Shown piece by piece: positions 1-7,653 of a stretch of DNA of 64,000 nt; within the stretch, counting starts at the first letter, position 1; the number at the start of each line of letters is the position of its first letter. The position numbers and the translations under genes are program-made. The notes below the pieces were generated by a model, which was not told the DNA's origin, made no database searches, and was given only the letters and a program-made list of their open reading frames with translations. This stretch comes from Thermoanaerobaculia bacterium (GTDB taxonomy: Bacteria > Acidobacteriota > Thermoanaerobaculia > UBA5066), in NCBI GenBank assembly GCA_022071945.1, contig JAJVIN010000029.1, forward strand, positions 390-64,389, written 5' to 3'.

Positions 1-1165
1 TGCCCCCGCCAAACAGGACGACCGAGGTCCTCATGAAGTGATCTCTCCCGTTCTGGCCATTCAGGGCCCCGACGGTGCGGCCGAACTCGCCCGCGACGAG
101 AACGATCGTCTCGTCGTAGAGCGTCTTGCCCGCCCCCTCACCCGGCGTTGCCTTCAGGTCGTCGATGAGGGCCCCCAGACCGTTGTCGAGCTGGGGCGCC
201 ACGGAAAAGAGACTCGTCCCGGTTGTTGCGTAGATGTTGCTGTGCATGTCCCAGCCGCCGAGACTCACCTGGATGAATCGCGCTCCCCTCCGGCCCGCCA
301 GGAGCTTCTTGGCGACGAGGCAGGACCCTCCAAAGGCGGAGTTCCCGTACCGCTGGTAGTCGGCGGTCGAGTAGCTGAAGAGGGCGTTGACCTCCGGCGT
401 GTCGATGAGGGCCTTGGCCTGCGTGTAGAAGTTCGCCATGTCCGAAGGCGCCTTGCCCAGGGGTTGTCCCGTCCGGAGCGACTTGTCGACCATCTCGATG
501 TCCGAGTACCTCAGCGCAAACCGGGCCGCGCCATCCGGGTGAGAGAGGCTCGTCAGGCCCGTCGACGACGGCTGGACGGAGAAGGGCGAGTATGTCGACG
601 GAAAGTAGCCGGAACCAGGAAGAGATCCCGTGTTGAGCGCGATGAAGCCTGGCAAGACGTCTCGGGTCTTGTCCCGGTTCTTCTCGAGCTCGAGGGCCAC
701 GACCGCCCCGAGGTGCGGCGCCACGCTGCCGAGGGCCCCCGTGGGGTTCCGGGAAATCTGCGACCAGACTTGGGCGAGGTCATGAACGAGCGCCCAGCTC
801 TGGTATGAACGGACCAGGCTGATGTCGGAGAGCCGGTCGGCGAGCTTGGGCAGAAGCCCCTGGGGAAAGCGAATGGGGCCGAAGGAGGCCGGTTTGAAGG
901 CCTCGGGGGTCCACGACCCTTCTTTCAGGTCCCAGGTGTCGATCTGGCTCGGCGCCCCGGGCAGGAACACCAGGATCGCGTTTTTCGCGGTGGCCCTGGG
1001 AGTCACGCCGGTCCCGACCGCCTCCAGGGCGGCGAAGGCCTTGGCCGGCAGGAACCAGGAGGCAACGAGGCCTCCGGAGGTGAGCTGAAGGAAGCCGCGG
1101 CGCGAGAAGCCGGGCCCCTGCAGGGGCGACGATCCGTTTTCGGGACGCGGAATCGAGGGTTTCAC
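1..1165 (-). CDS. DUF1501 family protein (sulfatase-like fold, Tat-type signal), 3' end beyond window
   Basis: Minus-strand frame starting GTG at 1165, preceded by AGGAGG. Translation VKPSIPRPENGSSPLQGPGFSRRGFLQLTSGG (twin-arginine signal), then SQIDTWDLK and VAGEFGRT blocks typical of DUF1501. Not in ORF track because it runs off the window edge. The plus ORF 38..808 is antisense to it. Confidence 0.75.
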   Translation of the reverse strand, partial: MKPSIPRPENGSSPLQGPGFSRRGFLQLTSGGLVASWFLPAKAFAALEAVGTGVTPRATAKNAILVFLPGAPSQIDTWDLKEGSWTPEAFKPASFGPIRFPQGLLPKLADRLSDISLVRSYQSWALVHDLAQVWSQISRNPTGALGSVAPHLGAVVALELEKNRDKTRDVLPGFIALNTGSLPGSGYFPSTYSPFSVQPSSTGLTSLSHPDGAARFALRYSDIEMVDKSLRTGQPLGKAPSDMANFYTQAKALIDTPEVNALFSYSTADYQRYGNSAFGGSCLVAKKLLAGRRGARFIQVSLGGWDMHSNIYATTGTSLFSVAPQLDNGLGALIDDLKATPGEGAGKTLYDETIVLVAGEFGRTVGALNGQNGRDHFMRTSVVLFGGG

Positions 1166-1180
1166 GTTCGCCTCCTGCAC

Positions 1181-3175
1181 TCAGTAGTTGAAGATGAAGT
1201 CGAGCTTGTTGAGAAGGGCGAACTGGAGGTCTTCCGTCACGGTCGCCGCGGTCTGCCCCTGCTTGAGGTTCTGAAAGAGCGCCACCCCGGCCGCGAGTTC
1301 CGAGGCTGAAGGCGGCCGTGACAGGGTGCCGAGATAGAGGGCGTTGACCGTCTCCTCCGGCGTCGCCTTCGCGGTCACGAGTTGGTTCGTCAGCGTCCCC
1401 CGGGTCGCCGACTTGATCCTGTCCGTGACGGTCCTGTCGTTCATGAGCGACAGCGCTTGCAGGATCGTCCCTTCGGAGGACCGCTTGTTCGTATCGCGAT
1501 CGCCCCGGATGAAGGCATCGAGGAAGAGACGGATCGCACGGCTGTTGGACGGCTCGGCGACGACGTCGGGCAGCTGGCCCGCCCAGAGCACGGGCGAGGA
1601 GTAGCCGTTCACCGAGAGGCTCGGCTGAACTCCGGTGGCCTTCGAGAGCGCGTCATAGACCTCCTCCGCCCTCAGGCGGCGGACGAAGTGACGGGCAAAC
1701 AGGGGCGTGTAGGTTTCCTTCCACTCGCCCGGATAGCTCGAGGAGAGCTGGTAGGACCTAGACTGGGTGATGAGCCTGAGGAGATGCCTGAGGTTGTATC
1801 CCGAACCCGCGTAAGAGTCCGCGAGCCGAGTCAAGAGTCGTGGATGAGTCGGCTGGATGGTCCAGGGGCTGGGGGGAGGATTCTCCGGGTCCTGACGCAG
1901 GAGATCGAATCCGTCGGCCGGCTCCACGATCCCCAGGTTGAACATCTCTTTCCAGATGTAGTTGACGTGCGCGCGGGAGAACTGAGAGCTCGCCGTGATC
2001 ATCCGGGCCAGCGCGGAGCGGTAGCTCTCGTTTCGCGCCGGGACCTCGTCCGTGAGGATGAACTTGGGGCTGACGGCCGTCGCCCCGTTTGCCCAATACA
2101 TGCCGTCGCGAGGCGTCTTGTTCCCCGTCGTCGTTCCGAGCGCGTATTCGCCTGCCGCTCGATCCGACACCAGGAAGTAGTAGTTCGGAGCCGTTCCCTG
2201 GCGGCGCATCTGGATCCGGGAGTAGAAGGCCGCCATTCCCCAGAAATCGGCGCGTCCCTGCTGGGTGAGCCAGAGGTCGATCGAGTCCGTGTGTCCCTTC
2301 CCGCTGTGGCACGACGTGCAGAAGATGTTGACCCCAAGAAAGGCGGTTCCCGTTGCAGCCGCGAGGTTGTCGTAGGTGTCCTGCGCGGGACCGTTCGTCT
2401 GGATGTTGCGCACGGGAAAGTTCGCCGGGGCATCGACCTTCTGCGTCCCGCCTCCGTCCGCGCTCGTCCCGGTCGCCGTGATCAGTTCTCGCGCCATCAC
2501 GTTCCAGGGCTTCTGGGAGCGGACGGAATCGACGAAGTAAGCGTGAAGAGAGTTGCGCCCCGAGAACCCGAGCTTGCCGCTATCGGCATTGAACGTGTTG
2601 CGAAAGAGCTCGTCGTAGAAGAAGGCCCAGCGGTCGGCAAAGGCGTCGGAGGCGAGGAGCTGCTCGATCATCTTGCTCCTCTTGTCCGCGCTCTTGTCGG
2701 CGAGGAAGGTCTTGACGGTCGTGGAATCGGGAATCCGGCCCGTCAAATCGAGGGTCACGCGCCGCAGAAACTCTGCATCGCTCGAAAGCGGGGCCGGCGT
2801 GACGCCGGCCTTCTCCATGGCGCCGAGGATCTCGTCGTCGATGAAGTTCACCCGCGGAGTCCGGGTCACGACACCAACCTGTCCCTGATCCGATCCCGGC
2901 AGCACTCCTTCACCGTTCAAGGACGGGTGGGATTTGGCAAGGAGGCGCGTGGCCGCGGCGGCCCGCTCCCGGGCGCTCTTCCCATCGCGGTCCAGGGGGC
3001 CCTGGAGAGCGCAATCCGAAACCGCGGGCCGGGCCGCCTCATCCGTGACCAGGATCGCGGGCGCGCCAGCCGTAGTTGGCGCGTCCCCCGCGTTCTCTGG
3101 AGGCTGAGCAATGAGGGCCGCCGCCAGGACGCCCGAGACCGCGACCACGGCACCGAGGTAGAGGGAAGGACGCAT
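1181..3175 (-). CDS. DUF1549/DUF1553 (PSD1-like) domain protein, secreted
   Basis: 664-aa ORF with signal peptide. Long conserved DUF1549 region (FIDDEI..LDLTGRIP) and DUF1553 C-terminal region. Sits immediately upstream of the DUF1501 gene, the canonical pairing. Confidence 0.8.
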   Translation of the reverse strand: MRPSLYLGAVVAVSGVLAAALIAQPPENAGDAPTTAGAPAILVTDEAARPAVSDCALQGPLDRDGKSARERAAAATRLLAKSHPSLNGEGVLPGSDQGQVGVVTRTPRVNFIDDEILGAMEKAGVTPAPLSSDAEFLRRVTLDLTGRIPDSTTVKTFLADKSADKRSKMIEQLLASDAFADRWAFFYDELFRNTFNADSGKLGFSGRNSLHAYFVDSVRSQKPWNVMARELITATGTSADGGGTQKVDAPANFPVRNIQTNGPAQDTYDNLAAATGTAFLGVNIFCTSCHSGKGHTDSIDLWLTQQGRADFWGMAAFYSRIQMRRQGTAPNYYFLVSDRAAGEYALGTTTGNKTPRDGMYWANGATAVSPKFILTDEVPARNESYRSALARMITASSQFSRAHVNYIWKEMFNLGIVEPADGFDLLRQDPENPPPSPWTIQPTHPRLLTRLADSYAGSGYNLRHLLRLITQSRSYQLSSSYPGEWKETYTPLFARHFVRRLRAEEVYDALSKATGVQPSLSVNGYSSPVLWAGQLPDVVAEPSNSRAIRLFLDAFIRGDRDTNKRSSEGTILQALSLMNDRTVTDRIKSATRGTLTNQLVTAKATPEETVNALYLGTLSRPPSASELAAGVALFQNLKQGQTAATVTEDLQFALLNKLDFIFNY
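3062..3083. repeat. Copy of 21-22 nt palindromic motif GCGCCAGCCGNNGTTGGCGCG, here inside coding sequence
   Basis: gcgcgccagccgtagttggcgcg, 19/21 identical to the two tandem intergenic copies at 12901-12942. Encodes DAPTTAGAP in the low-complexity N-terminal linker of the DUF1549 protein. Confidence 0.45.
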
Positions 3176-3370
3176 CGGAAACCTCCTGAATGCGCGATCA
3201 GACGGACGGACATGAGAGAAGGATTACGGCATCGAGGGCGTTCGCGAAAGAAACATCAACAGATATCACATCTCGGGTTCCTCGCGCGGCGAGGCCTCCC
3301 GGGTCGCCGTGAACGGACGCGATCCGGGGAACTTGACCTAGAATTCCAGGCGTCCTCACCGAGGAGCCGG

Positions 3371-4798
3371 ATGAACGAAAAGGAGCTGCTCCAGCAGTTC
3401 TTCGCCGGGAATGCCCGCTACCAGTACCTGGATGTAATCGGCCGGGGCGGAATGAGCGTGGTGTTTCGCGGCATCGATCTGGAGTTGGACGAGGTGATCG
3501 CGATCAAGGTCCTCGCGCAGAGCGAGTCGATCGCCGAGCCGGAGCAGCTCATTCGCTTCAAGCGCGAGATCAATCTCAACCGCAAGATCAAGCACCCGAA
3601 CGTGGCGCGCCTTTACGAGTACGGGACGAGAAACGGCCTTTCGTACATCACGATGGAGTTCATCCCGGGCACGGACCTGAAGAAGATCCTCGAGGACAAC
3701 ACGATGGGGCTTCCCGTCAAGCGGGCCTTGACGATCCTGCGCCAGATCTGCCTGGGGACCCAGGCCGCCCACTCCCACGGGATCATCCACAGGGACCTGA
3801 AATCGTCGAATGTCGTCATCGGCCCCGAGGACACCGTCGCGATCCTGGATTTCGGGCTCGCCCGGGCCAAGTACAACCCGAACCTGACGATGGACACGGT
3901 CATGCTCGGAACACCGCACTACATGGCCCCCGAGCAGGCGGTCGGGACGCCCATCGACCACAGGGCCGATATCTACTCGATCGGCGTGATCGCCTTCGAG
4001 GTCCTCTGTGGCGAGGTCCCCTTCACGGGGGACAACCCCATCGCCGTCGCCTACAAGCACGTGACGGACAGAATCCCGGACACCCTCGAGTACTTCCCGG
4101 AGATGCGGCCTCGTCTGAAGAACGCCGTCTACAAGGCGCTCGCCAAGAACCCCGAGGTTCGCTTCGCGACGGCGGCGCAGTTCGAGGCCGAGCTCGCGGC
4201 CGTTCAGCGCGAGTACACCTCGGGGGCCCTCCGGGCGGTCAAGGACCCGGAACCGCCAAAGCCCAGGGGCCCCGAGAAGCCCCCGGCCTCCACGGCCCCG
4301 AAGACCGACAGCCGCCCCGTCGCGGTTCTTTTGCCTCCCAGGCGGCAGGCTCCCGGCACTCGCCACTCCCGCGTCTTGCTCGTCGAGGCCGACAGCGAGA
4401 GACGCCGCCTCCGCAGGAGCCAGCTCGTCGAGGCCGGGTACACCGTCCTTGATGCCTCCGACGGGTTCGAGGCCCTCGAGATGCTCCCGCGCGTCCAGCC
4501 GGGCCTCGTGGTGATCGACGTGAGGGTCCCGGGGATGAGCGGATTCGACGTCACCCGCGCCATCCGGAGCCGCGAGGATCTCTCTGTTCTCCCCGTCATC
4601 CTCCTCGTGCCAGATCTCGACCGTCAGGCTTACGCGTACGGGATCCAGTGCGGCGCCAACGACCTCCTGGACGCCGCGGGATCCGAGGAGGAGTTCACCC
4701 AGGCCGCGAGCGGACGCCTGAAGCCGGATGCCCTGGAGATGCCATCGGGAAGCTCCCGGGCGGATTCGAACGGCGAGGGCACGGACGGAACCGCCTAG
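3371..4798 (+). CDS. Hanks-type Ser/Thr protein kinase fused to a C-terminal receiver-like (REC) domain
   Basis: ATG at 3371 preceded by GAGGAG. Kinase motifs GRGGMSVVF, AIK, HRDLKSSN, DFG, APE. Pro-rich linker, then REC-like fold (LLVEADSE ... VVIDVRVPGMSGFD ... ILLVPD). The upstream part of ORF 1382..4798 is antisense to the DUF1549 gene and is spurious. Confidence 0.8.
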   Translation: MNEKELLQQFFAGNARYQYLDVIGRGGMSVVFRGIDLELDEVIAIKVLAQSESIAEPEQLIRFKREINLNRKIKHPNVARLYEYGTRNGLSYITMEFIPGTDLKKILEDNTMGLPVKRALTILRQICLGTQAAHSHGIIHRDLKSSNVVIGPEDTVAILDFGLARAKYNPNLTMDTVMLGTPHYMAPEQAVGTPIDHRADIYSIGVIAFEVLCGEVPFTGDNPIAVAYKHVTDRIPDTLEYFPEMRPRLKNAVYKALAKNPEVRFATAAQFEAELAAVQREYTSGALRAVKDPEPPKPRGPEKPPASTAPKTDSRPVAVLLPPRRQAPGTRHSRVLLVEADSERRRLRRSQLVEAGYTVLDASDGFEALEMLPRVQPGLVVIDVRVPGMSGFDVTRAIRSREDLSVLPVILLVPDLDRQAYAYGIQCGANDLLDAAGSEEEFTQAASGRLKPDALEMPSGSSRADSNGEGTDGTA

Positions 4799-5053
4799 CT
4801 CTCCCGAGCCCGATCAGCCAGTCCGCGGTGCGGGCCGCGCGGAGAGCCGCGAACGCCAGGGCATCAAGGACCACGCTCCGAAACCGGTTCGTGCCCCGGC
4901 CATCGGCCGGATTCAGGCGCGGGCGAGGGAGACCAGGGGCCTCCGCCCCGTAACACGCGGGCGAAGTCCGCGACGGTTCCTCACCCCGCCGCGAGAAGGA
5001 ACCGCGAGATCACGGACACACCGGCGGAGCCGGCGCGGCGAGCCAGCCCGCCT

Positions 5054-7621
5054 TCACTGCTGCCAGTGAACGAGATTCCACTCGTAGGGGTTCAGGAGAT
5101 CCTCGTATTTCGGCAGGATGCGGATGGTGAAGCCGTGAAGGCCGCTGGCGCTGCTTTGAAGCTGCCCCTCGAAGACGGTGAGGTCATCGATCGTGCCGGC
5201 GGACGTCATCGAAATCCAGGCGGGCTGGATCAGCGACCCGTCTGGATCCAGCTGGCCGTAGTAGATCTGGACATCCACGGCCTCGGCGGTCAGGGAGCCG
5301 AGCTTCACCCACGCCTTCACCTGGAGGGGCGCCTTGACCGCGACATCCCCTTCCGGACTCTTGACGACCCTCACGATCTCGAGATCTCCCCAGCCGGCAC
5401 GGATGCGCTCCCGTGCCTTGCGGTACTGGTGGGCACGCGCGTGGCCGTCCGCCGAGAACTCGCGGGCCCGCCGCTCGGCCGGAACGTAGAAGCGCGTGGC
5501 GTAGTCGCGCACCATCCGGTTCGTGTTGAAGGCGGCCGAGAGCGTCCCGATCGACACCTTCATCTTCTGGATCCAGTCGACCGGCAGCCCTCCCGGGCTC
5601 CGCGTGTAGAAGGTGGGCACGATCTCTCGCTCGAGAAGCTCGTACAGGGCATTCGACTCGACTTGGTCTTGATAGGGAAGATCCGTGTACGTTTCTCCCC
5701 GGCCAATGGCCCAGCCGGCCTCGGGGTCCAGTCCGTAGCCCTCGATCCACCACCCATCGAGAATGCTGCAGTTGAGAACCCCGTTCATGGCCGCCTTCAT
5801 CCCGCTCGTCCCGCTGGCTTCCATCGGGCGCCTCGGCGTGTTCAGCCAGACATCGCAGCCCGAGAGCATGTACCGCGAGACGACCATGTCGTAGTCCTCG
5901 AGGAACACGACCCGGTTCCTGAAGTCCGGGTCCTGCCCCAGGGAGACGATCTCCTTGATCAGAGCCTTCCCGTCGTTGTCCTGGGGATGGGCTTTGCCCG
6001 CGAAGATGAACTGGACGGGACGGTCATCGCTGAGAAGCAGGCGCCTCAACCGGTCCCGGTCTTTCAGGAGGAGCGTCGCTCTCTTGTACGTCGCGAACCG
6101 GCGCGCAAAACCGATGGTCAGGGCGCGGGGGTCGAGGACCTCGCGCGCCCGAGCGAGCTCCTGGGCTCCCGCGCCCCGGGACTGGAGCTGCTTGACGAGG
6201 CGCCTTCGGGCAAATGAAATGAGGCGGTCGCGCCGCCTTTCGTGCAGGCGCCAGAGTTCCTCGTTCGGGATCATCGCGACCGATCCCCAGACCGAGTCGT
6301 CACCGTGGTCGTCCCGCCAGGCGATGCCCATGTAGCGGTCGAAGAGCTCCGCGAGGTCGAGCGAAACCCAGGACGCGGCATGGACTCCGTTCGTGATGCT
6401 CGTGATCGGGATCTCGTCGACCGGAAGCTCGGGCCAGATGGGCGAGAAGAGCTTCCTTGAAACCTCGCCGTGCAGCCTGCTCACCCCGTTGCAGTGGGCG
6501 GCCAGCCGGATGGCGAGGTAAGCCATGTTGAAGAGCGACGTGCCACCGCCGTCCGAACCGTGACCGAGGGCCAGGAGCGCCTCGACCGGAATCCCGAGAC
6601 GCGCGGCCGGCTCGGTGAAGTACTTCCGCATCAACCCGTCCTCGAACATGTCGATCCCCGCGGGGACGGGAGTGTGAGTCGTGAACACGCAGCTCGCCCG
6701 CACGGCCGCCATCGCGTCGAAGGGCTTGACCCCCTTTTCCATCAGGATCTGCACCCGCCCGAAGGTCAGGAAGGCCGCGTGTCCCTCGTTCATGTGAAAG
6801 ACCGACGGCGTCAGACCCAGGGCCTCGAGAGCGTAGACGCCTCCCGCCCCCAGCAGGATCTCCTGCTGGATCCGGGTCTCCCTGTCTCCGTTGTAAAGGC
6901 CACTGGTTATGAACCGGTCGGCCTCGGTGTTCCGCGGAACGCTCGTGTCGAGAAAGTAGAGCCTCACCCGTCCGACCTGCGCGTACCAGAGCGCCGCGTG
7001 AACCTCGCGCCCCGGGAAGGGGACGGAAACGACGACCTGGTTGCCCTGACCATCCCTAACGAGCCGGACAGGCAGGTTGTAGAAGTCGTTGCGCGGATAG
7101 ACCTCCTGCTGCCATCCGTCCCGGTTCACGTACTGACGGAAGTAGCCCCCCTGATAGAGGAGTCCGACGCCGACGAGGGGGATCCCGAGATCGCTCGCGG
7201 ACTTCAGATGGTCGCCGGCCAGGATTCCGAGACCTCCCGAGTAGATCTGAAGACACTCGGTGATCCCGTACTCGAAGGAGAAGTAGGAAACGAGGGGCCG
7301 GGTTTCCTCGCGGTCCGGAAAGGTCCGCGCAAACCAGGTCTCGGCCCCCATGTAGTCATCGAGCGAGTTCTTGACCCGTCCGAGATGGGCCAGAAAGCCC
7401 GAGTTCTTGGAAAGCTGGTCGAGCTGAGACTGCGAGAGGGTACCGAGCATCCGGATCGGGTTGTGCCCGCTCGATTCCCACAGCTGCTGGTCCATGCGCC
7501 GGAAGAGCAGGATGCTCTCCCGGTCCCAGGTCCAGCGGAGGTTGTAGGCGATCTCCACGAGGGGTTCCAGGTTGGCCGGCAGGGCCGGCACAACCTGGAA
7601 CGGCTGGATCTTTCTCACCAT
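5054..7621 (-). CDS. glgP: alpha-glucan phosphorylase (GT35, GlgP family with DUF3417-type N-terminus)
   Basis: 855 aa. Conserved blocks EYGITECLQIYSGGLGILAGDHLKSASDLG, HMNEGHAAF, and the pyridoxal-phosphate Lys region TSGMKAAMNG. Confidence 0.85.
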   Translation of the reverse strand: MVRKIQPFQVVPALPANLEPLVEIAYNLRWTWDRESILLFRRMDQQLWESSGHNPIRMLGTLSQSQLDQLSKNSGFLAHLGRVKNSLDDYMGAETWFARTFPDREETRPLVSYFSFEYGITECLQIYSGGLGILAGDHLKSASDLGIPLVGVGLLYQGGYFRQYVNRDGWQQEVYPRNDFYNLPVRLVRDGQGNQVVVSVPFPGREVHAALWYAQVGRVRLYFLDTSVPRNTEADRFITSGLYNGDRETRIQQEILLGAGGVYALEALGLTPSVFHMNEGHAAFLTFGRVQILMEKGVKPFDAMAAVRASCVFTTHTPVPAGIDMFEDGLMRKYFTEPAARLGIPVEALLALGHGSDGGGTSLFNMAYLAIRLAAHCNGVSRLHGEVSRKLFSPIWPELPVDEIPITSITNGVHAASWVSLDLAELFDRYMGIAWRDDHGDDSVWGSVAMIPNEELWRLHERRRDRLISFARRRLVKQLQSRGAGAQELARAREVLDPRALTIGFARRFATYKRATLLLKDRDRLRRLLLSDDRPVQFIFAGKAHPQDNDGKALIKEIVSLGQDPDFRNRVVFLEDYDMVVSRYMLSGCDVWLNTPRRPMEASGTSGMKAAMNGVLNCSILDGWWIEGYGLDPEAGWAIGRGETYTDLPYQDQVESNALYELLEREIVPTFYTRSPGGLPVDWIQKMKVSIGTLSAAFNTNRMVRDYATRFYVPAERRAREFSADGHARAHQYRKARERIRAGWGDLEIVRVVKSPEGDVAVKAPLQVKAWVKLGSLTAEAVDVQIYYGQLDPDGSLIQPAWISMTSAGTIDDLTVFEGQLQSSASGLHGFTIRILPKYEDLLNPYEWNLVHWQQ

Positions 7622-7653
7622 GTGAGCTCACCCCTCCCGCGTCCGTGGCGGGA

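Noticed and set aside
38-808. 256-aa plus-strand ORF at the window start
   Set aside because: Antisense to a well-supported DUF1501 gene (minus strand, GTG start at 1165 with AGGAGG). Its translation is Arg/Val/Gly-rich with no recognisable domain.
1382-3370. N-terminal 660 codons of the 1138-aa ORF 1382..4798
   Set aside because: Antisense to the DUF1549/1553 gene and compositionally junk. The kinase clearly starts at ATG 3371 with a GAGGAG RBS.
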